Assembly (NCBI GenBank): GCA_024704765.1 | Contig: JAKMXF010000357.1 | Location: 1-64,000 of the forward strand | DNA: 64,000 nucleotides | Direction: 5' to 3' | Source: Oopsacas minuta | Lineage: Eukaryota; Animalia; Porifera | Shown: positions 11,834 through 23,100 of the stretch, one piece after another | Layout of the letters: each line of letters begins with the position of its first letter | Numbering within the stretch: position 1 is the first letter of the stretch | Program-made: the position numbers and the translations under genes | Notes under the pieces: model-generated | Seen by the model: the letters and a program-made list of their open reading frames with translations, nothing else | Told to the model about the DNA's origin: nothing | The model's database searches: none

Positions 11834-13267
11834 GTTAGATAAGTATTAGGCTAGCAAATTATGTGAATTGTTAGAAGACAAAAACCAAAATTGTAAGAAC
11901 AATTATTCTACTAACTGTAAATTCCCTCAATAAAAGTATATGAGAGATACATGTTGAGCTCATATGTGATAGTGTGTCAGAGCTAATTTGTACACAAAAA
12001 CAATTTTGTATCTATTTTCTAAAAAGATAACAGTGCATTAGCCATAAATTTAATTCTAATCACCTTATTATAGTATGGTTGGCACAATTTATGAATTGTA
12101 TAGTAACCAGACTGGCCTGCAGACAGGATGTACCAGGATTAACCACATACTGGAGTGCATGTACCACCTGAATTGGGTAGATTATTATAATCACATATAA
12201 TTAAAAAGTTATACATTTATAGCACATTTCTCATAGAGTAAACCGAGCTATAATTATTTTTCTGACATCAAAGATTTCACAAATATACTACACCTGTTAA
12301 TGTCACTGTAAGCACACCATTGGTGCTGCCAACTCAGTGTATCACACCTCACCACGCCTCAATGTATCACAGCCCCTAAACTCCTTATATGTATACGTAT
12401 AAATATAAATAAAAACTCATTCATAATAATTAATATATGATCCACTGTGTAGTTTAAAATCCGGTACAATACAGCATATCAGCGATAAATCCGGTACAGG
12501 GTCTAAGAGGATGATACAAATAACAAATAACAAATGACAAATGATGATTATTTAGAATCGATAAATGAATAAAATAGTACATTATATACTAATAATAATA
12601 GAATTTCTATATATCATCATGCCGGATGTAAATCCGTTAGAGATTCGTAGAATTAAACAAACTATCTAATATGTTAATAATTAGTCCATAAAGAGCAATG
12701 TTAAGCCTTATTCTAATAATAACATGTAATAGAATGATGTATCCTGAAACCAGTACATGTAGTTCCTCATGAATATGTTAGAATTCCTATTATTTAGCTG
12801 CATTACTAATTATTTCATTTCTATTATAGTATTTGGGTGCATCAGTTGCCACTTATATTGGAAACAACACTTGGTTCATTATTTTTAATGCTATTTACAT
12901 CCTAAAGAATCATAATGTACAATTTCTTTAGAATTCAACAAGAGTTTAGTGGTGCGCAATTCAATTATTCCAAGTACAGGCTTTGCGATGGGATTTGATC
13001 GTATTTTTCAGAATGATCGAAAATGCATTATTAGAGATTACCCAAATCTAAGGTGACATTAGAATACAAATTCATGAAGAGATATGCTAAATAACTGTGT
13101 ATAAGGTTTAAATCATAAAATGAATGGGTAAGTACTTTTATGTCATACCAGGCCTGATAGAAATGCTGTTAACATAACAGCCGCCCTTTGGGCTAGCTAA
13201 CAGCTGATTCTTTGCATGAACAGTAAGTCTTTACTTTGAGTCAATTAGTATTTCATGGATCATTAGC

Positions 13268-13342
13268 TAGTGATACACCGGATAGGAAAATTACCTATCC
13301 GGCCGGATACCGGATATAAACCAGATATCCGGTGCATCTCTA
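13268..13342. mobile_element. 75-bp hAT-like miniature palindromic element
   Basis: TAGTGATACACCGGAT ... ATCCGGTGCATCTCTA (14/16 inverted match) with repeated CCGGAT/ATCCGG motifs. No TSD found. Confidence 0.6.
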
Positions 13343-14021
13343 TGACTCTATTACTAGCTATAAACAGTTAAATGAGTTAATTCGCTGATAATTATAATAA
13401 GTAATTTAAACTAGTTATATTAGAGCATAATCTAATTAGCAGTTCATATCCTAGTAGCTAGCAGTCTAGCTGCTTCCATGCTGATACCAGAATAGCCAAT
13501 GTGAGATTCCATCTACATCTCGGGCCGTAGTTTCTAGAAACCTTATAATATACGGTCAACTCCGCTAATGGATACAAATCGGTTCCAGGCTTCCAGTCCT
13601 TTTGTCCGATGAGCGGAGTTCCCAATTAATCTGAGAATTCATAATAATGATTCCAAATGGCAACATATGTCTATTTTTGAGTTGCAGGTCCTCTAAAGCA
13701 AGTCAACCACTTTATCGTGTAGCCATACCCATCCAAAGTAAAAACATTGAAATTTTCTGATCGTTTAGTGCCATCCGTGAATTAATGTTGATAACAATCA
13801 ATATTGAATAGAATTTGCTTGTCCAAATTAATCACAAATTTTGTTTCTATTTATCATAATTTTGTTCATCTACCTAGCTTATTAGAATTTCCTAAAATGG
13901 AGAGAAATTTGACTGAGTTACTAATTTTCACTCGGATACGAGAGTTCATCCCAATAAAGCGAAGTTTACTGCATTCGGGAAATTAATTGAGAGTTTGGCA
14001 TCACCAATTCATCATGTGAGG

Positions 14022-14447
14022 CAGTGCTGCCAAGTCTCCGTAAATTTGACTGCTATCTACGTATCTACGTATGAAGACTTATTTCTAAATATTTCTAGCA
14101 TATTACATGTACCTGTAATACTTTTTGTTAACGATGAAGGTCAATATTCAAAATTCCTCAACATTTGTACCTACCTCAGAAATGTACGAGTTATTTTCCT
14201 CAAAGTATGCACGACCATATAAAATAGTATTTTGATAGTTTTTACATGCTGATAGTGATTATAGCTTATTGTTTACAAACGCAAAAGCGTCCAAATATCT
14301 ACATTTATTAATGATTATAAATAAAATTGTTAGCTAACGGCATTTGTAAAAGCAAATTAAGACCAGTTGGGCATCATTAAGGGATTTTAAATGCTCCGTA
14401 AAAATTTGGTTTCTACGTAATATTTCTGAATTAACTTGGCAGCACTG
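14022..14447. mobile_element. hAT MITE with intact ends
   Basis: Perfect 14-bp TIR CAGTGCTGCCAAGT / ACTTGGCAGCACTG and perfect 8-bp TSD ATGTGAGG (14014-14021, 14448-14455). Confidence 0.92.
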
Positions 14448-14665
14448 ATGTGAGGGTGTTGATATAGGCGCAAACCACAGGGTTTAAATGAATGGGGGTT
14501 CATGAACATGAAGGAAATAGGTATGCCCAAGCAGATATTTTCACAACCTTACACTAGGCCCCTGGTTATCCAATTTATGTAACGTAAACGATTACAATAT
14601 AATACTGTAGAGCTGAAACCACTTTCTTACCACTTCTTTTTGATTCACCAGAATCTATGTAGATT

Positions 14666-14791
14666 TAGGGCCGGGACCGCCTATTAAAGCTTGTGGGTGT
14701 CTAAACAGCCTTGACTATAGAGGTTATGCAAAGGTCTTTCATGGCAGTGGGTGTCCGGGTACGCAGGACACCCACAGTGGCGCCGGCCCTG
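14666..14791. mobile_element. Short hAT-like MITE
   Basis: TAGGGCCGGGACC ... GGCGCCGGCCCTG ends with internal GTGGGTGTC / GACACCCAC motifs. Confidence 0.6.
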
Positions 14792-15296
14792 AGATTATTA
14801 CTTATAATGTGTAGCATTACAATCAGAGTTTAAAAAATCGCAAAAATCTTTCAAGATTATGTTTGAAATGTCTAGCACTCGTGCATAGGCACAACTAGGG
14901 CCATAGTGTGCACCAAAAATTGAGGAGCGCTTAATGCTCTGACTATAATCCAAAAAGTATGGGGCGGGTGGGCATAACGTCATCTTTGACCCACCCAGAT
15001 TTAGGAACCTACTAGTAGTTGGGTCAATGCACTCTTGGTGTGGTGTGAGATTGTGAGGTTTGGTCCGAAAACGTGACAATTGTAACTTGTAACTACTATG
15101 TATTCACTCTGTACACATTTGTAATTTCCTCAGAACTCCAGACATTTACTTTGTATTAACCTGTCTGGATCATTTTAAAGTCTACGATGATTGAAACAAA
15201 TTATCTGTCGTATAATAGTATAAGTGTCAAATTACAGTAGAAATTATGTCACAAATAGAACGAATTATAATTTCCAAACTAATGAACTGAACATAA

Positions 15297-15746
15297 CTAT
15301 AGTATTTTAGGCATTTTGTTAACATCCTCCACAACTCTGTCGTACTCTTCCTCGATCTCTGAGCTCCTCTGCACCATCACCATACAGGTAGCTCGCTGAG
15401 AGCCGAATGCACTGCCAATATCTTCCTTAGCAGGAACATATATGTAAGGTATATCCTGCTCTTCTAGGTATACTGGCACGTGAGATATGGTATCTATCGG
15501 TGTAATGTTACCTCCGATAACAATAAGACCTTTCTCGCCTTTTCGCACTGCCTTGATAGTATTCTTTACCCCTCTTATAGTTCCCTTCTTACTGGCAGCA
15601 TGACGAACTAGTTTTAGAACGCGTTTGTTCATTTTACGACTAGCAATAGGGTATGCTATTATGCTGGCTGCATTGAGCTTCTGTCTATAAATCTCTTTTT
15701 TATCTGTCTCAGATATTGAGAGAGATTCTAAATCTTCTGTAGCCAT
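15297..15746 (-). CDS. NHP2: H/ACA ribonucleoprotein complex subunit 2 (L7Ae family), 149 aa, intronless
   Basis: IAYPIASRKMNKRVLKLVR, RGVKNTIKAVRKGEKGLIVIGGNITPIDTISHVPVYLEEQDIPYIYVPAKEDIG...RATC. First ATG at 15746; the ORF track start at 15773 is not an ATG. Confidence 0.95.
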   Translation of the reverse strand: MATEDLESLSISETDKKEIYRQKLNAASIIAYPIASRKMNKRVLKLVRHAASKKGTIRGVKNTIKAVRKGEKGLIVIGGNITPIDTISHVPVYLEEQDIPYIYVPAKEDIGSAFGSQRATCMVMVQRSSEIEEEYDRVVEDVNKMPKIL

Positions 15747-16083
15747 TATTAAGATTATCCTAACCAGGCACAATTTATGAGGTAAATATTATAAGTATGT
15801 CCTTACTGTTAGCTTAATTAAGCATGGTTAAGTAACCAACAAATTTGAACAGCTGGTAATTAATTAATTAGGTCAACAAGGCAAACGGTCGGTCAAACTT
15901 ATGAGTCTATTCGAGAATTTCACAAGATGTAGCAAGGATCGCAGCCAGGACCGTCGAGAGCGCGAACGGGCCCCAGGGCATATTTGAGTGCAGGCTCTGT
16001 GATATTTTAGTTCTGCGAAGTCAATAAACTAACGCAAACAATCACATTTGTATTATACGTATATATGTATATATAATGAATGG

Positions 16084-16572
16084 CGGAACTTTCGTCTCAG
16101 GAAATTTCGTATCAAAATGTTTCTTTTAGGTAATTATAAATTATTTTCTTCACGGGCATTTTATACTTCTTAAGATAACAATCATATAAGGGTTGCATTC
16201 GAAATATTTTTGATTTGTTTAAGATGCGGAGAGAACAGTCCATTCAGGAAGCAACATTAGTGAAATGGGAGGCTGGCCAGAAGAAATTCGTCAGTAAAAA
16301 TCTATGGAACGTAATGAACGTATATGAACATTAGTTTCAGAATATGCAAATCGGGATACCATTACCTATCTTTAGGGAATAGGACACAACTTTGACTGTT
16401 AATATATCTTCATCTATACTTTACTTTAATTCTACTATTCACTTATTAAACACATATTTGCACTAATTAAAACTTGCAATAAACAAGAAAGTAAACAATA
16501 AAAGAAATTCTGAATACGTAGATTCCAAGAGACCGAATTTCAGAGGCCAAATTACCTGAGACGAAAGTTCCG
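16084..16572. mobile_element. Unclassified MITE ~340 bp upstream of the NHP2 start codon
   Basis: Perfect 18-bp TIR CGGAACTTTCGTCTCAGG / CCTGAGACGAAAGTTCCG, continuing imperfectly (AAATTT vs TAATTT). No TSD recognised. Confidence 0.8.
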
Positions 16573-17359
16573 TTTTGCATATATAAAATGTTATATTACA
16601 ATGTGAGGTTGCGAAATCAGAACAAATAAATTCCATTTTAACGAAAATAATTTGGTTTTACTGAATGATTGAAAATGGTGGAAAAAGTTGGAATTTCTGA
16701 ATTTTCGTAGAAATAACTGAATGGCGGAAAGTGGTAGAAGTCTAAAAAGCGTGTGAATGGTGGAAAATAGTGGAATATGGTGGAGAAGGTGGAAATTGCT
16801 TAATGGTAGATCCTGACTGAATTTTAGAAGGATCGCACTTAAAAAGTACAAATGAATACAACAATCAAATGTTTATCTTCGATCATGGAAATAATTTAGT
16901 ATGCTTCTAAAGACTATGACAGACATTAGAGACATTAGAGAGTTGCTAATTTGAATTCTTGGAGGGGTATCAAATGAACTATAATCCGACAAACTGATCC
17001 TTTTCAGAGATCTATGATCATTGTTACAGTTAATCATATTCATTTGTGCTTGTTTTGGTGCCCCTTATAAATTCAGCCAGGATCTCAGCCGTTTCACCAT
17101 TTTATTTGTTTTGAGTTGTAATGTATAATTTACCACTGTAGTGAATTATAATTAAATTATCATGGCCTATGATTTATAGCGGGGTACCAAATGCTACGGT
17201 TTCACCAAACACTTCAATTTAGTGTCATTGTCTGTGTATCTAAACGATCCCTCAAAATATAATATGAATAAAAATAGATTTTAATACAACGGTAATTTAA
17301 ACAGTTTGAAGCAAATTAGCTAAATATTACTAATAAAATGGTACTTACCTCTTCATTCT

Positions 17360-18724
17360 TTATGAAATGACTGTAGATAATAGGAAACACTGTACTCTAC
17401 TATTTCCTGTATCACACACTACAAGCGTGTTTTCTGAGTTCACACATACCCCAGATGGATTGCAGAACTTACCATACTCGTATCCCTCTCCTCCAATTTT
17501 TAAACAAACGCATCCTTGTTTATCAAATACAAAGACACTGTTTTGTATGAAATCACTTACAATTAACTCTCCGTGAATTCCCTGACAGATTCCCCAAGCT
17601 CCAGCACTCAATTCAGACAATTGATTTTGTCCCCCTACCTGAGAAATAAGCTGACCCTCCCAGCCATAAAGGTTGATACAAGGGTTGCCATGGTGTAACA
17701 CTACTATTCTCTGATCCTCGGATATTTCAACTGATTGTGGTCTACGTAGCCTTCCTGGGATCTCGCAAGAATGACCGATAAAGTGAGCGAACTTGTAAGT
17801 TCTCATTTCCAACTCATCTTCAGTCTCACCTAGCACCTGTACGCGATTATTGCTCCATTCGCAAATAAAAATATATTTGTTAGAATATGCTAGGCCTAAA
17901 GGGTGTGAAAATTCGCATTTATCCATCCCTCGTGTACCGATAGAGTGTATGAAGTATAGTGAAGTCTTGTCATATACTTGCAATTGATGCAAGTTACTAA
18001 TAGAAACATATATCAAATCATTAGATAGAGCCAGACTACCTAACTCAATCTCTTTCTCATCTTCCCTCTGAATAGCACCAGTGGACAAGAGTTCACCGTC
18101 TGGATCAAAATGGCACAGTTCACGCCCATTGTCCTTATTCAAAAAGTACATGTGATTATTTGTATCGGCCTTGACGTGTAATGGCGTGAAAGCTGTTTTC
18201 ATTCCACTTTTTTGATGGGGGAAAACTCTAAACGGCTGAGGAGGATCAGATTTTCCTAACAAAATTCTACCAGTTTTATACAAGTGGTAAGGAAGCGAAT
18301 CATCCATTATTAGCCTAATGTCGCGGTAGTGGGGGAAATCATAGAGTTTCAACTTTAGAATTTGGTCTTTCATCTTATCCATATATAAATCGCGCGTTTC
18401 TTCGGTATATTCGTTTTCTGTAGAAATACTGATTAATTCCAAAGAGCTAAACATTTTCTCTCTCAATTCCAGTTCAAGACTTTGTCTCAAAGATAACATT
18501 TTTGCCGTTTGCTCGGTAAATTCTTTCTCTATCTCTTCGATTCGACTAAGCAGTTGACTTCTCCTATACTGTAAAGATAGTATTAGCTGCCCGAATTTCT
18601 TATTCACATCTTCTCGCAACATATTCAGTGTTTTCAAAAAATTCCTTCTTGTCAATTCTGAATGATAATTGGACGCAAGTCCGAATTGGCTAAATCCACG
18701 TTTTAACTTCGGTTTAGATGTCAT
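17360..18724 (-). CDS. Intronless coiled-coil plus NHL-repeat protein (TRIM-NHL-like C-terminal half), ~454 aa
   Basis: Uninterrupted ORF. Helical N-terminal part (LLSRIEEIEKEFTEQTAKMLSLRQSLELEL), then NHL motifs (CEFSHPLGLAY...ICEWSNNRVQVL, GRLRRPQSV, GKFCNPSGVCVNSENTLVVCDTGNSRVQCF). First ATG at 18724. Confidence 0.88.
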   Translation of the reverse strand: MTSKPKLKRGFSQFGLASNYHSELTRRNFLKTLNMLREDVNKKFGQLILSLQYRRSQLLSRIEEIEKEFTEQTAKMLSLRQSLELELREKMFSSLELISISTENEYTEETRDLYMDKMKDQILKLKLYDFPHYRDIRLIMDDSLPYHLYKTGRILLGKSDPPQPFRVFPHQKSGMKTAFTPLHVKADTNNHMYFLNKDNGRELCHFDPDGELLSTGAIQREDEKEIELGSLALSNDLIYVSISNLHQLQVYDKTSLYFIHSIGTRGMDKCEFSHPLGLAYSNKYIFICEWSNNRVQVLGETEDELEMRTYKFAHFIGHSCEIPGRLRRPQSVEISEDQRIVVLHHGNPCINLYGWEGQLISQVGGQNQLSELSAGAWGICQGIHGELIVSDFIQNSVFVFDKQGCVCLKIGGEGYEYGKFCNPSGVCVNSENTLVVCDTGNSRVQCFLLSTVIS

Positions 18725-20141
18725 TTGGATTTGATTTGGTATAATAATTAGCAATACTTCTATTGGTTTTTAATTACTTTACTCTTTTATCCAGGTTACA
18801 GGGATATTAAATCACAAGATCGGTAACATAATACGTGATACCTTGTTCATATTGAATTGATCATACTGAAACGTTTATATTATGAACAATGCAATCTGGT
18901 ATTAATCATTCATCCTTTTTGTGGCAAATGAAATCAGGACATTGTACAACTATACCATATTCACGTAATTATTAAACAATATTCTTAACATCAGAACAGC
19001 AAAAACAACATCAAATTCTCGAAGAACCAGTATAGTATGTTATTAATACTAGGACTGAGTGTAGGGAGTATAGTAGATTGCTAGGAACATTAGTAACTAT
19101 TATGTACATAATAATGTGCATCCGAAATCAGGTATTTTGACGTTGAAGTTTCTGTATTACCCTTTTTGGTCATAAATCTTTGCATAAATTGTGAAGTTCA
19201 CCATTTCATGACAAAATAATATAGATTATTGATGGTAGGGCCTGTCTGATTCGTCGGACCAATTTTTGAATGGATGTGCCGCCCTGTATGTACATACCTT
19301 CCAACTTTTGTGACCTCAATCCCTGGATGGAGACCAAAATTCCATGGACACCAGTCACACCACAAATTTTCTCGATCGCTATGCTTATCCGTCCAAGGAT
19401 TTCAATAACTGGCCTGCCATCAATATCATACAGCTCCAGTGGAACCAAATTAATCGGACAATTGACTGGCTGAGTTGGATAATTGAGAAATAATTACTGT
19501 AGTGGTACTTTAGAGTAAACATTTTGAAGTGTGACTATATTAACAAGGTCGTTGGAGAGATTCTTGATCTTCAGGTTAGATATAATTGGCATAATATTTG
19601 GCACCTATGAGAGCAGTTTCCTAATGTAGTCGAAAACGCTTATAACGAATAAACTGTGTCTGTCTGAATGAATAGATAGTCACTGTTCATTCGCTATAAG
19701 TATGAATTCGGGCTTCCCTATTTCACGGAATGTAACGACTAAGCTTGAGAAAAATTAAAATCTGTTGTTTGTTATACATTTGGCCTTGGAATCATAGTAT
19801 ATTCCTGAACGACGGTTGTCAAGCTTTTACATCTACCTGTATTACAACCCTTAAAATAATTAACAAATAAAGCTGTTCCCGTTGTCTAAACCCAATTAGA
19901 ATATTAATTTAGTTATGAGTACATATGTAACAGGAAACTAAATAATTGGAGGATATAAGTATTAAATAGAAATCATTTATGATTTGAACAAGAATATGAT
20001 ATAATACAGCTTATAAGAGGAGTGAGTAGATATAAAAACAAATTTGTGTGGTGGTTGATTCTACAAATAACTTTCGTAGAAATGCAATTAAATTATTGCT
20101 AGATTTACATTCCAACTCTCGTCAAAAGGATATAGGGGAGT

Positions 20142-23100
20142 TTAGGAGAAGGCCTTTGGAGTGGGTACTTCTTCTGGTGTTTCTATAATAGGTTCAAATT
20201 CATTCTGTAATAATCTAGAAAGATAGTACACTGGTTTTTGCTGGAAGAGATTGTCTTTATCATACAGGTCGATACAGCAAGTGTACACTCTGTAACGATG
20301 TAATTCGGAGGCCAGGAAGTTTCTATAGTCCAGCATATCCTAGAAACAAAGAAATGTAACTAAACCCTGAGAAATGTTAACAAACTATTAATTACTAACA
20401 ATCTTAATAGAAGCAATACCTAAATGTCGTAACTTGATATAAGAGGGCCAATTTGTCATTGAATTTGTGCTCGAGGAATGAAGTGCCGACTGCCGAGTTC
20501 ATAATCAAAAGCTAGATAGCAGCTCCGGTGTCACACAATGAGCCATTAAAAGTAGATAATATTTGGATGGACAATACATAAGAAAATCATAAATTTTCCG
20601 CTATTTTTAAACTCGAGTCACCATAGTGCTGGGTAATCCCTTCGCGTAGCGACAAATTCACTAGGGAAGGTACACAATGCATAGTTAAGCTATCCGAGGA
20701 AAGAAGTAGTAATTACACCGTTGTCCATCACGCAACGACTAATCAAGCGAAGCACGCTAGTATCAATAAATTACCTTAACCCAGTTCTTAGTCTTGTTCT
20801 TGAGTTCTTCTAATGGAAAATTGTCAGGAGAGTACTTTTCCAAATCATTTTCTAGCTCATCAATAGTTTTCTCTAGGAATTCGATTTGCTTTTCCTTCTC
20901 AAGCTTACTTGGTCCAATAGGGATAGTAGGACGAGAGAAAGTAGTAGATGCTTCTATAGCGCCAGCCATGGGTGGAGAGGAATGCAGTGCAGCTGTTAGG
21001 TTCACAGCAGAGACCCAGCCCTGCATATCGAGTAAGTCTCTAAGAATAGTAACAAAATTAGGTAATTTCAAATTTAAACAGACTAGAGATGAGACCCGTT
21101 AGGATTGTTCAGCCAATCATTTTGTCAAATTTAGTGATAATTAATGATTATCAATACTAGCACAGCTCAATAATTACTAATAGTAGAGATTGACGGGCCA
21201 GGTGACTCAGGTTACTGCAGGGTTGCCGTGGATTTGGGAATTCCTATGGGTATGGAATGGCTAGGGTCGTATGGGAAATATGTTTTTCTTGTGGGGATCT
21301 TCACATGGATCCCCATATGAGGATTCCAAATTTTTCAATATGGAAATCCTGTGGGAATGGAAAGGGTATGGGATTGAAATTATACTCTCACGGCAATCGT
21401 ACAGGTCAGGTTACAATACACAGGTCCAAGGCCATAATAAGAGTCTTCTGGCCCTGGTGCAGTCCAAAATTTAGGGCCCCCTCTGTTTTGCTGTTTGCGA
21501 ATCTAGAGTGGAGAATTCTGGAGGACCTTAGGGTCCCTCGGGGCACTGGCCTGATGCTACAGCACCCATAGCACCCAGCGGCAGCACATAGTTTGAAAAA
21601 GTGGTCCGGCGACGCTGTACCTCCGATATTATAATTGGACATGTGTGGGACATTGGGCTACATTTCTATTCATAATTAATGTTATAATACCTAACTGCTC
21701 TATTGAATTTCAGGAAATTTGCTAGATTGATAGGATCATCTGATTATTTAGCTGAATATTTTGAATTCATCAGTTGCTTCTCAATTCATGAAATGCTCTA
21801 ATCAGTGGTGGCGCTAGCCAGCTCCCACTGGTGGGGCATAATTACGTCATAAGTGTGATACAGGTTATTAAACTGGGGCATACTTACATTAATGAGGTGG
21901 GCACAGGCCCTATCTGGCCCTATTATTAGGCGCATATGTTCCACTTGTCTCAACAACTGTATATCTATAGCTATTCCATTACAACATTATCATATTCAAA
22001 AGCTGTGCTCACACCTGTATCATAATGAGTGGGCTAATATATCTATCCAGGAATGTTATGGCTTGTTATATCAATAATGAGGTACGGCGCTCGCCGCGCC
22101 GGACATGCCACCCCTGGCACCCCACCAATAGTATCATTCCAATACAGATGTCATTTTACAACTTTTGAATACAAACACTATTAATTAAATTTTGGAATAA
22201 TAGAATAAATATGGACATACCTACACTATTTTTATCGTCCGTTGGTAGATGGATAAAATGGTCCCATTGTACATACCGCATATTGAATGGATTAGAAATA
22301 AGTATCTAACTAATTACATCTAATATCAAATCTCAAACATAGAAGAAATTACATTTCAGTATTGATTTGTAAGTATTTACGAATTCAGCAATAAAATTTG
22401 AATTTATCCTATACCAAGCCGACGTAACGTAGCCCTCGCGTGTCTCAAGTTGGGAACCCCTGATGTAAAACCTCAATGCTACTACAAGTCAAAATCTCGG
22501 GTTTTCTGGAATATACACTAAAATTCAAAAACCATAAATCAATGAGTTTCAGGATCGTTTACATATTTGTAAACGAATTTATAGGATTTGAACTCCATCA
22601 GCTCAATAAACTATGGATTTCGGATTGGATATGTATGTTAAGCGCTCCCACATCCGCTCCTGAAAAATGGGACGCGCACCAATCAAGCGCCTTTTTATTC
22701 TCTCAGATGTACATTAGATTTGTATTATATATATAATCAGAAATTAATTTAACTATAGTAGATTCGGGAAATTGCAAAGTCAGAATTAGAGTCCCAGCAA
22801 CCACTTTTATAACAACAATATGAATATATGCACTATATGGATGAATTTTGTAAAATATTTGCAAATAAATAGGAGCGCGTTCCGGTGTGTGCGTTTCTTT
22901 AAAATGGAGACGGCGCTCGACCTCTCGCTGCTGATTCATTATTGAGCGTATTCCAGGTCCCGTTCCTCAAATAAGAGTGCGAGCCAGGAGCATGCTAGCA
23001 AGCCTCTTTAATGCTGTGTATACAAATATTCAATTTGTACAATGGCATTATACATCCCGATTGAAAGACTACATTGGACAGCAGTGAATTTGAGTAGCCC

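Noticed and set aside
20757-20774. Apparent 18-nt GT-AG micro-intron after PSD exon NWVK
   Set aside because: Splicing there gives an immediate stop. The AG belongs to a Helitron CTAG end, and the real acceptor at 20340 restores EFA6 homology.
11442-21102. Plus-strand ORFs opposite real exons (e.g. 5917-6099, 9135-9329, 11442-11684, 17367-17576, 20794-21102)
   Set aside because: Antisense shadows of DSTYK, NHL and PSD coding exons.
22703-22990. ORF MNQQREVERRLHF... as an integrase GPY/F or transposase tail
   Set aside because: The resemblance is too weak and there is no supporting upstream domain.
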